A DNA stretch of 32,000 nt from Delftia acidovorans NBRC 14950 (GCF_001598795.1 NZ_BCZP01000010.1:90001-122000); one strand, 5' to 3'. Shown: positions 18,851 to 28,968, counted from the first letter of the stretch. Notes: generated by a model from the letters alone, not told the origin. Made by a program: numbers and translations.

Positions 18851-19020
18851 TCTCTCGTCAACCTGTCCAATAGATGAGCTACTTTTGCAGAAGTTCCAGG
18901 GGTCGGGGGCGGGAAAAATGTAACATTTTGACGAGGAGCGTCATTCTGCTGTAGGCCGTGTTCGATGGATGCTGACGGGACGGCGTCGGCCAGGGCCGAC
19001 CACCTTCCCTCCCCGCATCC

Positions 19021-21765
19021 TCACACCAGAGCGGCCCCCGTGAAAACCGCTTCCCACAGGGCCTTGACCGGCGCACTGAGCGGCTCGGCCTGGCCCGGCA
19101 CCAATTGGGCCGTCCGCTCGTCCAGCCGCGCCACGTGCTGCAGGCGGCGCAGTTCACGGTAGGCCCGGGCGGCCTGCTGGCCCACGCCTGCAGGCAGCAG
19201 GCCCGCCTCTTCCGCACGCTGCAGCAGCGCGATGTTGCCCAGATTGGCCATCAGCCCCGGATGCAGGGCCGATTGCGAGAGAACCAGGTACTGGACGGCG
19301 AACTCCACATCGACCATGCCGCCGGGGCTGTGCTTGACGTCGAAGAGGCCGCCGCGCACCGGATGCGCGCTGCGCACACGTTCGCGCATGGCCACGATCT
19401 CGTCGCGCAGGGCCGCAGCGTCGCGCGGCGCGGTGATCACGGCCTCGCGCACGGCGTCGAAGCGGGCCTGCAGATCGTCGCTGCCCAGCACGAAGCGCGC
19501 CCGCGTCATGGCCTGGTGCTCCCAGGTCCATGCCGTGTTGCTGCCGCGCTGCTGCTGGTAGTTGGCATAGGAGGCAAAGCTGGTCACCAGCAGGCCGGAG
19601 TTGCCGTTGGGGCGCAGCGCGGTGTCGATCTCGAACAGATCGCCCTCGCCCGTCTTGACGGCCAGCCAGTTGATGAGCTTGCGCACAAAGGCGGCATAGA
19701 TCTCGGAGGCGTGCTCGTCGTCGTCATCGAAGACGAAGACGATGTCCAGGTCGCTGCCGTAGCCCAGCTCCTTGCCGCCGAGCTTGCCGTAGCCAATGAT
19801 GGCGAACTGCGGCGACTCGCGGTGGCGGTTCTTGAGCCGGCTCCAGCACCAGCTGGCCGTCACGCGCAGCACGCAGTCGGCCAGCGCACTGAGGTCATCC
19901 GCCACCTGCTCGACCGTGATGCGGCCCTCGATATCACGCGCCAGCGTGCGAAAGACCTCGGCATGGTGAGCGCGGCGCAGCAGGTTCAGCAGGGTTTCGT
20001 CGTCGTCCTCGCCCGTGGTCTGCAGCGCGGCCAGGCGCAGGGCCAGCTCATGCTCGAAATCCATGGGAGAGAAGCGCTCGCCCAGCATGGCGTCGTTGGC
20101 CAGCTCGTCGATCACGCCCGGGTGCTGCTGCAGATAGCGCGCGGGCCAGCGCGCCGCGCCCAGCAGGTCCAGCAGCCGCTCGTGCACGGCAGGGCGCTCC
20201 AGCAGCAGGGCCAGATAGCTTTCGCGGCGCAGCAGCGGCTCCAGCCAGTTCAGAAAGCGCACTGCGGCGTCTTCGGGCACGCTGCGCTCGGCCACCCATT
20301 GCGCCGTGCGCTGCACAAGGCGGAACAGCCTGCTGCGCGCCTCGTCGCGCAGGTTGGCGATGCGGGCATTGCCGCGCCAGTCGGCCACGTGGGCGGCCAG
20401 GGCGGGCGGCAGTTGCTCCATGAGTCCATCGATCTCGCGCGGCGTTCCTCCCTGGGCAGGGCTGCGGGCGCCGTTGCATCGGCCCGCGCTGCATTGCGGC
20501 GGGGCAGAGCCGCCGAGCAGGGTGTCGAACTCCTCGGCCACCTTTTCGCGGTGGGCGTCGAACTGGTGCAGGAAGGCGCAGGTATCGGCAAAGCCCATGG
20601 TGCGCGCAATCCATTCGAGGTCGTCATCGCGCGTGGGCAGCACATGGGTCTGCTGGTCGTCCAGGTACTGGATGCGGTGCTCGACACGGCGCAAAAAGGT
20701 ATAGGCCGCGCCCAGGGCGTCGGCCACTTCCTGGCTCATGAGGCCGGCGCGCGCCAGGCGCCCCAGCGCCTCCAGCGTGGGGCGGCAGCGCAGCTCGGGG
20801 AACTGGCCGCCACGCACCACCTGCAGCAATTGCACGGTGAATTCGATCTCGCGGATACCGCCGCGCGAGAGCTTGACGTCATTGGAGCGGCCGGGATGGC
20901 CCGCGCTGCGCCGCGCCGCATGCTCGCGGATCTGGCGGTGCAGCGACCGCAGCGCATCGAAGACCGCGTAATCCAGATAGCGGCGAAAGACGAAGGGCAG
21001 GACCACGGCGCGCAGCGCCTGCACCTGCGTGGAGCGCACGCTGTCCATGGGCGCCACCACCCGGCTCTTGAGCCAGGCGAAGCGCTCCCATTCGCGGCCA
21101 TGGGTCTGCAGATACTCTTCCAGCGAGGCCAGCGAGACAGCCGACGGCCCCGAGTTGCCGTTGGGCCGCAGCGCCAGGTCCACGCGGAACACGAATCCGT
21201 GCTCGGTGGTGTCGCCGATCAGGCCATAGATGCCTTTGACAACGCGCGCGAAGTACTCATGGTTGGAGAGAACGCCGCGCCCGTCAGGCAGGCCGGCCGT
21301 GTCGCCGTCCTGCTCGTAGACGTAGATCAGGTCGATGTCGCTGGAGACATTGAGCTCGCGCGCGCCCAGCTTGCCCATGCCGATGATCCACAGCTGCACG
21401 GGCCGGCCCTCGGGGCCTTGCGGTGCGCCATGGCGCGCATCGAGTTCGGCGCGCACCTGGATGCAGGCGCGCTCCAGCGCCAGCTCGGCCAGCTCGGTCA
21501 CGGCCCGCGTGACCACGGCCAGCGGCGCCTGCTGCTCGCAGTCGAGCACCATGGTGCGTTCCATGACCAGCTGGCGCAGCACGCGCAGCGCGGCCGACAG
21601 GTCCAGCCCGCGCTCCAGCAGCGCCGACAGGGCCTGCTCCATGGAGGCGCGCTCGGGCGGGCCCGGCGGCAACAGGCTCAACTCGTCGCCATAGCGACGA
21701 TGCAGCCGTTGGTGGAAACGGGAATAGGCGGCCTGTGCGGGGACATTCAAGGCCGTGTCTGCCAT
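19021..21765 (-). CDS. glnE: Bifunctional glutamine synthetase adenylyltransferase/adenylyl-removing enzyme GlnE
   Basis: ~915-929 aa with duplicated nucleotidyltransferase modules (GMGKLGARELNVSSDIDLIYVY and GYGKLGGKELGYGSDLDIVFVF), each followed by a DLRLRP-type block (VDLALRPNGNSGP / IDTALRPNGNSGL). The start is ambiguous (21765, 21786 or 21810). Confidence 0.95.
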   Translation of the reverse strand: MADTALNVPAQAAYSRFHQRLHRRYGDELSLLPPGPPERASMEQALSALLERGLDLSAALRVLRQLVMERTMVLDCEQQAPLAVVTRAVTELAELALERACIQVRAELDARHGAPQGPEGRPVQLWIIGMGKLGARELNVSSDIDLIYVYEQDGDTAGLPDGRGVLSNHEYFARVVKGIYGLIGDTTEHGFVFRVDLALRPNGNSGPSAVSLASLEEYLQTHGREWERFAWLKSRVVAPMDSVRSTQVQALRAVVLPFVFRRYLDYAVFDALRSLHRQIREHAARRSAGHPGRSNDVKLSRGGIREIEFTVQLLQVVRGGQFPELRCRPTLEALGRLARAGLMSQEVADALGAAYTFLRRVEHRIQYLDDQQTHVLPTRDDDLEWIARTMGFADTCAFLHQFDAHREKVAEEFDTLLGGSAPPQCSAGRCNGARSPAQGGTPREIDGLMEQLPPALAAHVADWRGNARIANLRDEARSRLFRLVQRTAQWVAERSVPEDAAVRFLNWLEPLLRRESYLALLLERPAVHERLLDLLGAARWPARYLQQHPGVIDELANDAMLGERFSPMDFEHELALRLAALQTTGEDDDETLLNLLRRAHHAEVFRTLARDIEGRITVEQVADDLSALADCVLRVTASWCWSRLKNRHRESPQFAIIGYGKLGGKELGYGSDLDIVFVFDDDDEHASEIYAAFVRKLINWLAVKTGEGDLFEIDTALRPNGNSGLLVTSFASYANYQQQRGSNTAWTWEHQAMTRARFVLGSDDLQARFDAVREAVITAPRDAAALRDEIVAMRERVRSAHPVRGGLFDVKHSPGGMVDVEFAVQYLVLSQSALHPGLMANLGNIALLQRAEEAGLLPAGVGQQAARAYRELRRLQHVARLDERTAQLVPGQAEPLSAPVKALWEAVFTGAALV

Positions 21766-21889
21766 TGCGTGCTCTGAGGATTGCATACGGAACGCGAAAG
21801 AAGCGGCCACTCACGCGCAGAGGGATCGCAGCAACCCTTGGTTACCGTCCGGCCCCTGAGGGTGCCGGTCATAATTCCCGTCATAGCTG

Positions 21890-24800
21890 ATGCCGCCGAT
21901 GATCGAACCGAAACCGCACCCCACACGCCTGACCCGTTGGATGGCCGGCCTTGCGCGGTGGTCACTGGGGCTGGTCCTGGCCTTCTGGCTGGTCCTGGGC
22001 TCCGTGTGGGGGGTGCTCCATGGCTGGATTGTGCCGCGAATCGGCGAATGGCGTCCTCAGCTGGAATCCCTGGCCTCACGCACGCTGGGCCTACCCGTGC
22101 GCATAGGCAGCATCACGGCCCGCAGCGAGGGACTGGTCCCCCGGTTCGAGATGGGCGACGTGGTGGTCGAAGACCCAGAACACTCCGCGGACGCCCTGCG
22201 CCTGCCCAGCGTGGTGGTAGCCGTTTCGGCCCGCTCGCTGATGCGCCTGGGCGTGGAGCAGATCTATATCGACCGCCCCGAACTCGTGGTCCGCCGCGCG
22301 GCCGATGGCCGTGTCTTCGTGGCCGGCATCGAGATCAGCCCTTCATCGGGCGGGGACAATGCCGCCGCCGACTGGCTGTTTTCCCAGACCGAGCTGGCCC
22401 TGCGTGGCGGCAGCCTGCTGTGGGTGGACGAACTACGCCAGGCACCGCCGCTGGCCTTGCGCGATGTGGACCTGGTGCTGCGCAACAAGGGCTGGAGCCA
22501 CGGAATCCGCCTGGATGCCACGCCGCCCGAAGGCTGGGGCGAGCGCTTCATGCTCGCCGGCCTGTTCCGCGAGCCGCTGCTGTCCACGCACGAGGGCAAC
22601 TGGCAGCGCTGGAGCGGACAGGCCCATGCGATGTTCACGCAGATCGACCTGTCCCGGCTCGGGCAGTACATGGATACGTCCGACCTGCGCCTGCAGCAGG
22701 GCCGGGGCGCACTGCGCGCCTGGATCGACCTGCGCCAGGGCCAGCCCGTGGGTGCCATGGCCGATGTGGCGGTGAATGCCCTTCAACTGCAGTGGCGCGA
22801 GAACCTGGAGCCGCTGCAACTGCAGGCGCTGACGGGCCGGCTGAGCGTGCAGCACCAGGACGGCTGGCGCTTCGCCGCGCAGAACCTGGAGTTCTCCACG
22901 GGTGACGGCCTGCACTGGCCTGCCGGCAATCTGCGCGCGCGCTACAACCCTGCGGGCGCCAGCACGCAGGGGGCGCTGGGCGAGCAGGGCGAGTTCCAGG
23001 CCGATGGCATTGACCTGGCCATCCTCGCCCAGCTGGGCCAGCGCCTGCCGCTGCCCGAGCAGCTGCAGCGCCATCTGGCCGACATGGCCCCGGCCGGCCA
23101 GCTGCGCCAGTTCCAGGGAAGCTGGCGTGGCCCGCTGCAGGCTGTGCAGCAGTACAAGGCCAGCGGCGAGCTGCAGCAGCTGTCGATCGACGGAGTGGCA
23201 TCGTCCGAAGGCCCCACGAAGCCGGGCATGCCCGGCATCAAGGGCCTGAACGCGCGCTTCTCGCTGGACCAGGACGGCGGACAGGCGCAGCTGGAGATGG
23301 AGGGCACGGGGCAGCGGCCGGCTGCTCTGTCCTTTCCTGGCGTCTTCGAGGAACCCGAGATCCCGCTGCACCGCCTGCAGGCCAGCCTGCGCTGGCAGTT
23401 GCGCGGCCAGGCCATCAGCGTGCAGGTGCCCAGCCTGCGCTTTGCCAACGATGACACCGAGGGCGAGGCCCGCGCGCAGTGGCACACCGGCGACGGCAGC
23501 GACAAGCACCCGCGCTTTCCGGGCGTGCTGGACCTGCAGGGCCAGTTGCGCAACGCAGACGGCACGCGCGTGCATCGCTACCTGCCGCTGGAAATCCCTG
23601 CCGATGCGCGCCACTACGTGCGAGAAGCCATCCACGCCGGGCGCGCAAGCACGGTGAACTTCAAGGTGCGCGGCCACCTGGACCACGTGCCGGCCGAAAA
23701 GCCCAGCCAGGGCGAGTTCCATATCGCTGCCAAGCTGCATGACGTGCACTATGAATATGTGCCGCCCCATCTGCTCACGCATGGCGAGGCGCCCTGGCCG
23801 GCCCTGGTCGATCTGTCCGGCGAGCTGGTCTTCGACCGCTCGTCGATGGCCGTGCGCAATGCACGCGGCGAGTTCGCGGGCTACCCGCAGCTGCAGATGC
23901 GCGACATCCAGGCCAGCATTCCCAACCTGGGCCACACCGAGGTGGCCGTGACCGCCAAGGGCCAGGGCCCGCTGGCCGACATGCTGGGCGTGGTCAAGAC
24001 CTCGGCCCTGTCGGCGCTGACCGGGCACGTTCTGGACGGCAGCGAGGCCACAGGCGCCGCGCAACTGGCCCTGCAACTGCAATTGCCCATCGACCATCTG
24101 GACCGCAGCAAGGTGTCTGGACAGGTCACGCTGGCGGGCAACTCCCTGCAGCTCGATGATCAGACGCCCCATCTGAGCCAGCTGCGCGGGGCCGTCAAGT
24201 TCTCCGAAACCGGCTTCTCGCTGGCCGGCCTGCAGGCGCGCGCGCTGGGCGGTGAGCTGCGCGCCGATGGCGGCATGCAGGCGCTGGCGCGCAATGCGCC
24301 GGCCACCGAATCCTCCGTGAAGGTGCGTGTGCAGGGCACGGCCACGGCACAGGGGCTGCGCGAAGCCAGGGAGCTGGGCTGGGTGGCCGACCTGGCACGC
24401 CATGCCGAGGGCCAGTCGCCCTATTCCCTGCTGCTGAAGGTGCGGCGCGGAACACCCGAAATCCAGGTCCAGTCCAGCCTGCAAGGCATGCGCATCAACC
24501 TGCCCGCCCCGCTGGGCAAGGCGGCGGAGTCCATCCAGCCACTGAACGTGAGCCACCAGCTCGCACCCGCCAGCTTCACCTCGCCCGATGCCCCGCTGCG
24601 CGACCAGATCAGCGTGCAACTGGGCGATACGGGCTCGGTGTTCTATGAGCGCGACATCAGTGGCAAGCACAGCCGTGTGCTGCACGGCAGCATCCTCATC
24701 GGCCAGGAAGCGGGCACGGCTTCCACTTCGGGCCAGGGCGTGCAGGCCCACGTGCAGCTGCCGCTGTTCAATCTCGACGACTGGCTGGCACTGGCGCCGC

Positions 24801-26044
24801 AGTCCAGCGGCGCCAAGCCGGAGCCCGCCGATGCCGCGGACCCTGCGCGCGAATACATCCCCGACCGGCTGACCCTGCGCGTCAAGCAGCTGCAGGCCAA
24901 GGGGCGGCAGCTGCACGACGTGGTGGCGGGCATCTCGCGCGATGGCGGCTCGTGGCACAGCAACCTCGCCTCCCAGGAGCTTGACGGCTACGTGGGCTTT
25001 CGCGAAGGCACGGATGCCCAGCCCGAAGGGCAGCTGGTGGCCCGGCTGTCGCGCCTGACGGTGCCCGAGGCCAAATCCGACCGCGTGGACGCCCTGTTCA
25101 GCGAGGGGCCGCGCCAGCTGCCGGCCCTGCAGATCGTGGTGGACGACATGCACCTGTCAGGCCACGCCCTGGGCCGCCTGGAAGTGGAGGCCCGCAACCG
25201 CCCCGTTCCCGGCGATGCGGCGGCGCGCGAATGGCAGTTGTCGCGCTTCAACATCGCCACGCCCGAGGCCACGCTGACGGCCAGCGGCCAGTGGCGCCTG
25301 CCCCAGGGCCAGTCCGAACACCCGGGGCGCAGCCAGTTGCAGTTCCAGCTGGACCTGCGCGACGTGGGCAAGCTGCTCACGCGCTTCGATATGCCCGGCG
25401 TGGTGGGCAACGGCAAGGGCGTGCTGCAGGGCTCGGCGGGCTGGACGGGCTCGCCCATCACACCCGACTTCCGCAGCCTCTCTGGCTCCATGCACCTGGA
25501 TGTGCAGACCGGCCAGTTCCTCAAGGCCGAGCCGGGCCTGGCCAAGCTGCTGAGCGTGCTCAGCCTGCAGGCGCTGCCCCGCCGGCTGACGCTGGACTTC
25601 CGCGATGTATTCAGCAACGGCTTCGCCTTCGACTTCATGCGCGGCGACGTGCAGATCACCGACGGCGTGGCGCGCACCAACAACATGCAGATGAAGGGCG
25701 TCAACGCCGCCGTGCTGATGGAGGGCACGGCCGACCTGGTCCAGGAGACGCAGAGTCTGCATGTGGTGGTGGTGCCCGAGATCAATGCCATGACGGCCTC
25801 CCTGGTGGCCACGGCCATCAACCCCGTGGTCGGCCTGGGCAGCTTCCTGGCGCAGGTGCTGCTGCGCGGCCCGCTGATCGCGGCGGCCACCAAGGAATTC
25901 CGCATCGACGGCAGCTGGGACGATCCCCAGGTCACGGCCCTGCCACGGCGCCGGGCCACGACACCCTCCGATCCTGCCGGCAACAGCCCCGCCAGCACGC
26001 CCTCCGGCGCCACCGAGCCCGCTTCTTCAGGAGAGAACCCATGA
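21890..26044 (+). CDS. yhdP: YhdP-family / TIGR02099 giant envelope protein (AsmA-like, DUF3971)
   Basis: 1384 aa with a single N-terminal TM helix (WSLGLVLAFWLVLGSVWGVL), then a long beta-rich, repeat-poor periplasmic body and a conserved AsmA-like C-terminus (...LSLQALPRRLTLDFRDVFSNGFAFD...). It is divergent from glnE and followed by a C-N hydrolase, an arrangement I recall as common in Burkholderiales. Confidence 0.85.
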   Translation: MPPMIEPKPHPTRLTRWMAGLARWSLGLVLAFWLVLGSVWGVLHGWIVPRIGEWRPQLESLASRTLGLPVRIGSITARSEGLVPRFEMGDVVVEDPEHSADALRLPSVVVAVSARSLMRLGVEQIYIDRPELVVRRAADGRVFVAGIEISPSSGGDNAAADWLFSQTELALRGGSLLWVDELRQAPPLALRDVDLVLRNKGWSHGIRLDATPPEGWGERFMLAGLFREPLLSTHEGNWQRWSGQAHAMFTQIDLSRLGQYMDTSDLRLQQGRGALRAWIDLRQGQPVGAMADVAVNALQLQWRENLEPLQLQALTGRLSVQHQDGWRFAAQNLEFSTGDGLHWPAGNLRARYNPAGASTQGALGEQGEFQADGIDLAILAQLGQRLPLPEQLQRHLADMAPAGQLRQFQGSWRGPLQAVQQYKASGELQQLSIDGVASSEGPTKPGMPGIKGLNARFSLDQDGGQAQLEMEGTGQRPAALSFPGVFEEPEIPLHRLQASLRWQLRGQAISVQVPSLRFANDDTEGEARAQWHTGDGSDKHPRFPGVLDLQGQLRNADGTRVHRYLPLEIPADARHYVREAIHAGRASTVNFKVRGHLDHVPAEKPSQGEFHIAAKLHDVHYEYVPPHLLTHGEAPWPALVDLSGELVFDRSSMAVRNARGEFAGYPQLQMRDIQASIPNLGHTEVAVTAKGQGPLADMLGVVKTSALSALTGHVLDGSEATGAAQLALQLQLPIDHLDRSKVSGQVTLAGNSLQLDDQTPHLSQLRGAVKFSETGFSLAGLQARALGGELRADGGMQALARNAPATESSVKVRVQGTATAQGLREARELGWVADLARHAEGQSPYSLLLKVRRGTPEIQVQSSLQGMRINLPAPLGKAAESIQPLNVSHQLAPASFTSPDAPLRDQISVQLGDTGSVFYERDISGKHSRVLHGSILIGQEAGTASTSGQGVQAHVQLPLFNLDDWLALAPQSSGAKPEPADAADPAREYIPDRLTLRVKQLQAKGRQLHDVVAGISRDGGSWHSNLASQELDGYVGFREGTDAQPEGQLVARLSRLTVPEAKSDRVDALFSEGPRQLPALQIVVDDMHLSGHALGRLEVEARNRPVPGDAAAREWQLSRFNIATPEATLTASGQWRLPQGQSEHPGRSQLQFQLDLRDVGKLLTRFDMPGVVGNGKGVLQGSAGWTGSPITPDFRSLSGSMHLDVQTGQFLKAEPGLAKLLSVLSLQALPRRLTLDFRDVFSNGFAFDFMRGDVQITDGVARTNNMQMKGVNAAVLMEGTADLVQETQSLHVVVVPEINAMTASLVATAINPVVGLGSFLAQVLLRGPLIAAATKEFRIDGSWDDPQVTALPRRRATTPSDPAGNSPASTPSGATEPASSGENP

Positions 26045-26856
26045 AAATCGCAGCATTGCAAATGGTGTCGGAACCCGATGTGCGCGCCAACCTCGACCAG
26101 GCGCTGGCCCTGCTGCGCCAGGCGCGCGACCAGGGGGCCGAACTCGCGGCCCTGCCCGAGTATTTCTGCGCCATGGGCCTGCGCGACACCGACAAACTGG
26201 CCTACCGCGAGAGCTTCGGCGCAGGCCCGATCCAGGACTTCCTGCGCCGCGCAGCACGCGAGCTGCAGTTGTGGATCGTGGGCGGCACCCTGCCCCTGGT
26301 GGCCGATGACGACGCCCACGTGCTCAACAGCTCCCTGGTGTTCTCGCCCCAGGGCGAATGCGTGGCGCGCTACGACAAGATCCACCTGTTCCACTACGAC
26401 AACGGACGCGAGCGCTACACGGAAGCCGCCGTGGTCCAGGCGGGCCACACGCCCGTGACCTGCGACATCACCTCGCGCGAGGGCGAGACCTGGCGCCTGG
26501 GTCTGAGCGTGTGCTACGACCTGCGTTTTCCCGAGCTGTACCGCCGCCTTGCCGAGCAGGGCGCCGACCTGCTGCTGGTGCCCGCCGCCTTCACCCACAT
26601 CACGGGGCTGGCGCACTGGGAAGTGCTGCTGCGCGCCCGCGCCATCGAAAACCAGGCCTACCTGCTGGCACCCGCCCAGGGCGGCCACCATGAGAACGGC
26701 CGCCGTACCTGGGGCCACAGCCTGCTGGCCGATCCCTGGGGCATGGTGCTGGCGCAGCAGGCCGAGGGTGCCGGCGTGGTGCTGGGCGAGATCAAGCGCG
26801 AGCGCCTGGCGCATGTGCGCCGCCAGCTGCCGGCCCTGGAGCACCGCGTCCTGTGA
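26041..26856 (+). CDS. Carbon-nitrogen hydrolase family protein (Nit/nitrilase-superfamily amidase)
   Basis: The Glu-Lys-Cys triad sits in its usual contexts: LAALPEYF, RYDKIHLF and LGLSVCYDLRFPELY. The ATG at 26041 overlaps the yhdP stop (ATGA). Confidence 0.9.
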   Translation: MKIAALQMVSEPDVRANLDQALALLRQARDQGAELAALPEYFCAMGLRDTDKLAYRESFGAGPIQDFLRRAARELQLWIVGGTLPLVADDDAHVLNSSLVFSPQGECVARYDKIHLFHYDNGRERYTEAAVVQAGHTPVTCDITSREGETWRLGLSVCYDLRFPELYRRLAEQGADLLLVPAAFTHITGLAHWEVLLRARAIENQAYLLAPAQGGHHENGRRTWGHSLLADPWGMVLAQQAEGAGVVLGEIKRERLAHVRRQLPALEHRVL

Positions 26857-28952
26857 ATCCAACGCACCCGCCCATGTCGCCGATGTCGCCCATGCCCGAA
26901 GGCCGCTGGCCCTGGCGCCGCTGGCGCACGGCCTGGCGCCGCTGGTCGCTGTGGAGCCTGCTGGTCGCCCTGGTCCTGAGCATGCTCGTCACCATGGTCT
27001 GGCTGGCCGGGCGCTACGAGGCCTCCCAGGTCCAGGACAAGCTGGAGCGCGACACGGCCAATGCCGTGGCCGACATACGCGCCGCGCTCAACCGCAACCT
27101 GCAGGACCTGCAGGCGCTGAACGCGCCCGACAACGAGCCCGCCGAATGGAAGACCCGCGCCGCCGAGCTGCTGCAGGTGCGCCGCGAACTGATGCGCATC
27201 GAGTGGCGCGACGCGGGCCTGCAGATCCGCTCCCATGCCGAGACCCCCTATCGCAACGTGCAGTGGGAAGACCAGCTGCGCACGAACAACACCCACCCCG
27301 AGGCCGTGCTGACCTGCACGCACGCGCGCCGCCTGAACGGCCCCGCCTACTCGCCCAGCTACTTCCAGCTGCTGGCCGAGGGCCTGGGCACGGAGATGAT
27401 GGAGGTCTGCCTGCCGCTGACGCAAAGCGGCCACATCATCGGCTTCGTCATCGGCACCTACAGCCTGCAAAGCCTGCTGATCACCCAGGTCAGCAAGAAC
27501 CTGCCGCGCACCCAGGAAGTGTCCTTCACCGAGCCCGACGGCACGCGCCTGGCACTGCTGGGCGCCTCCTGGCGCGGCACGCGCATGTTCACGGCGCAGC
27601 AGCTGCTGGACCTGCCCGGCAGCACCCTGGTGCTGCGCATGGACAGCTGGCACCGCGCGCCCAGCGTGTTCCCCAACGTGCTCACGGCCCTGGTGACGCT
27701 GATGTCCATCGCCCTGGTCTCCGTGGTCGCCGTGCTGGTGCGCGACAACCGCCGCCGCCTGCGTGCCGAGCGCGACCTGGGCGATGCGCTGGCCTTTCGC
27801 AAGGCCATGGAGGACTCGCTGGTCACGGGCCTGCGGGCGCGCGATCTGCAGGGCCGCATCAGCTATGTGAATCCGGCCTTCTGCAACATGGTGGGCTTCA
27901 CGGCCGAGGAGCTGCTGGGCCTGAGCATCGCGCCCTACTGGCCGCCCGAACGCGCCGAAATCTACGCGCGCCGGCGCGACAACCGCCTGTCCGGCAACGC
28001 ACCGCCGCCGCGCGAGGGCCACGAAAGCATCTTCATGCGCAAAGACGGCACACGCATTCCGGTGCTGATCTTCGAGGCGCCGCTGATCAACGCCCAGGGC
28101 CAGCACACGGGCTGGATGAGCGCCTTCATCGACATCAGCGAGCAAAAGCGCATGGAAGAGATCTCGCGCGCCTCGCAGGAGCGCCTGCAGGCCACGGCCC
28201 GCCTGGCCACCGTGGGCGAAATGGCATCGCTGCTCAGCCATGAACTTACCCAGCCGCTGGTGGCCATCTCCAGCTACGCCACAGGATCGCTGAACATGCT
28301 GGGCAGCGACGGCGGGGCGGCAGGCAGCGCCGGCAACGAAGCCCATCTGCGCCAGCAGTTGCAGGACTTGCGCATGGCCATGGAGCGCATCAGCTTCCAG
28401 GCCGACCGTGCAGGCCGCGTGATCAAGAGCGTGCGCGACTTCGTGCGGCGGCGCGACCAATCACGCGAAGTCATAGGTGCCGCCGAACTCATAGACGCCG
28501 TGCTGCCGCTGGTCAGCCTGCAGGCGCGCAACCTGGGCGTGCGCGTGACCACCGACATCGAGCCCGGCCTGTCGCCCGTGCTCTGCGATCCGACCATGAT
28601 CGAGCAGGTGCTGCTCAACCTGGCGCGCAACGGCATGCAGGCCATGGACTCGCCCGAGACCGTGGACCGCGAACTGCAGTTGCGCGTGCGGCGTGCGGCC
28701 GCCAGCACGCGCCGCAGCTGGGTGGAATTCGCCGTCATCGACTGCGGCAGCGGGATCCCCAAGCATGTGGCGGAGCAGTTGTTCACGCCCTTCTTCACCA
28801 CGCGCAACGAGGGCATGGGCCTGGGCCTGAGCCTGTGCCGCACCGTGGTCGAACAGCATGGCGGCCACCTGCAGCACAGCCCGCACAGCCCGCGCGGAAC
28901 CGTCTTCGCCTTCACGCTGCCGACCCACAACCCGGCACAGGTGGAACCATAG
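26853..28952 (+). CDS. Sensor histidine kinase (two TM segments, PAS, HisKA, HATPase_c; FixL/DctB-like)
   Basis: TM helices are at WSLWSLLVALVLSMLVTMVWL and VLTALVTLMSIALVSVVAVLV. PAS block: LQGRISYVNPAFCNMVGFTAEELLG. H-box: SHELTQPL. N-box: LLNLARNGMQAM. G-boxes: DCGSGI and GMGLGLSLC. GTG 26853 overlaps the upstream stop (GTGA). Alternative in-frame ATGs are at 26874, 26883 and 26892. Confidence 0.9.
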   Translation: MNPTHPPMSPMSPMPEGRWPWRRWRTAWRRWSLWSLLVALVLSMLVTMVWLAGRYEASQVQDKLERDTANAVADIRAALNRNLQDLQALNAPDNEPAEWKTRAAELLQVRRELMRIEWRDAGLQIRSHAETPYRNVQWEDQLRTNNTHPEAVLTCTHARRLNGPAYSPSYFQLLAEGLGTEMMEVCLPLTQSGHIIGFVIGTYSLQSLLITQVSKNLPRTQEVSFTEPDGTRLALLGASWRGTRMFTAQQLLDLPGSTLVLRMDSWHRAPSVFPNVLTALVTLMSIALVSVVAVLVRDNRRRLRAERDLGDALAFRKAMEDSLVTGLRARDLQGRISYVNPAFCNMVGFTAEELLGLSIAPYWPPERAEIYARRRDNRLSGNAPPPREGHESIFMRKDGTRIPVLIFEAPLINAQGQHTGWMSAFIDISEQKRMEEISRASQERLQATARLATVGEMASLLSHELTQPLVAISSYATGSLNMLGSDGGAAGSAGNEAHLRQQLQDLRMAMERISFQADRAGRVIKSVRDFVRRRDQSREVIGAAELIDAVLPLVSLQARNLGVRVTTDIEPGLSPVLCDPTMIEQVLLNLARNGMQAMDSPETVDRELQLRVRRAAASTRRSWVEFAVIDCGSGIPKHVAEQLFTPFFTTRNEGMGLGLSLCRTVVEQHGGHLQHSPHSPRGTVFAFTLPTHNPAQVEP

Positions 28953-28968
28953 ATGGAACAATAGGCCC

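Noticed and set aside
18880-18900. Sigma54-like element TGGAAC-N4-GCAAA on the minus strand upstream of the candidate sRNA
   Set aside because: The GG-to-GC spacing is 9 nt rather than the 12 nt required for a -24/-12 promoter.
19105-21777. 890-aa plus-strand ORF covering almost all of glnE on the opposite strand
   Set aside because: This is a shadow frame of a ~68% GC gene. The translation is Ala/Gly/Arg/His/Gln-rich with no recognisable motif, while the minus strand encodes an unmistakable GlnE.
22433-28460. Three very long minus-strand ORFs (22433..25153 at 906 aa, 24988..26862 at 624 aa, 26658..28460 at 600 aa) antisense to yhdP, the C-N hydrolase and the kinase
   Set aside because: Same GC-driven stop-codon depletion. 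The compositions are low-complexity (A/G/R/L/Q/H). The sense-strand products have clear catalytic motifs and coupled start/stop overlaps.
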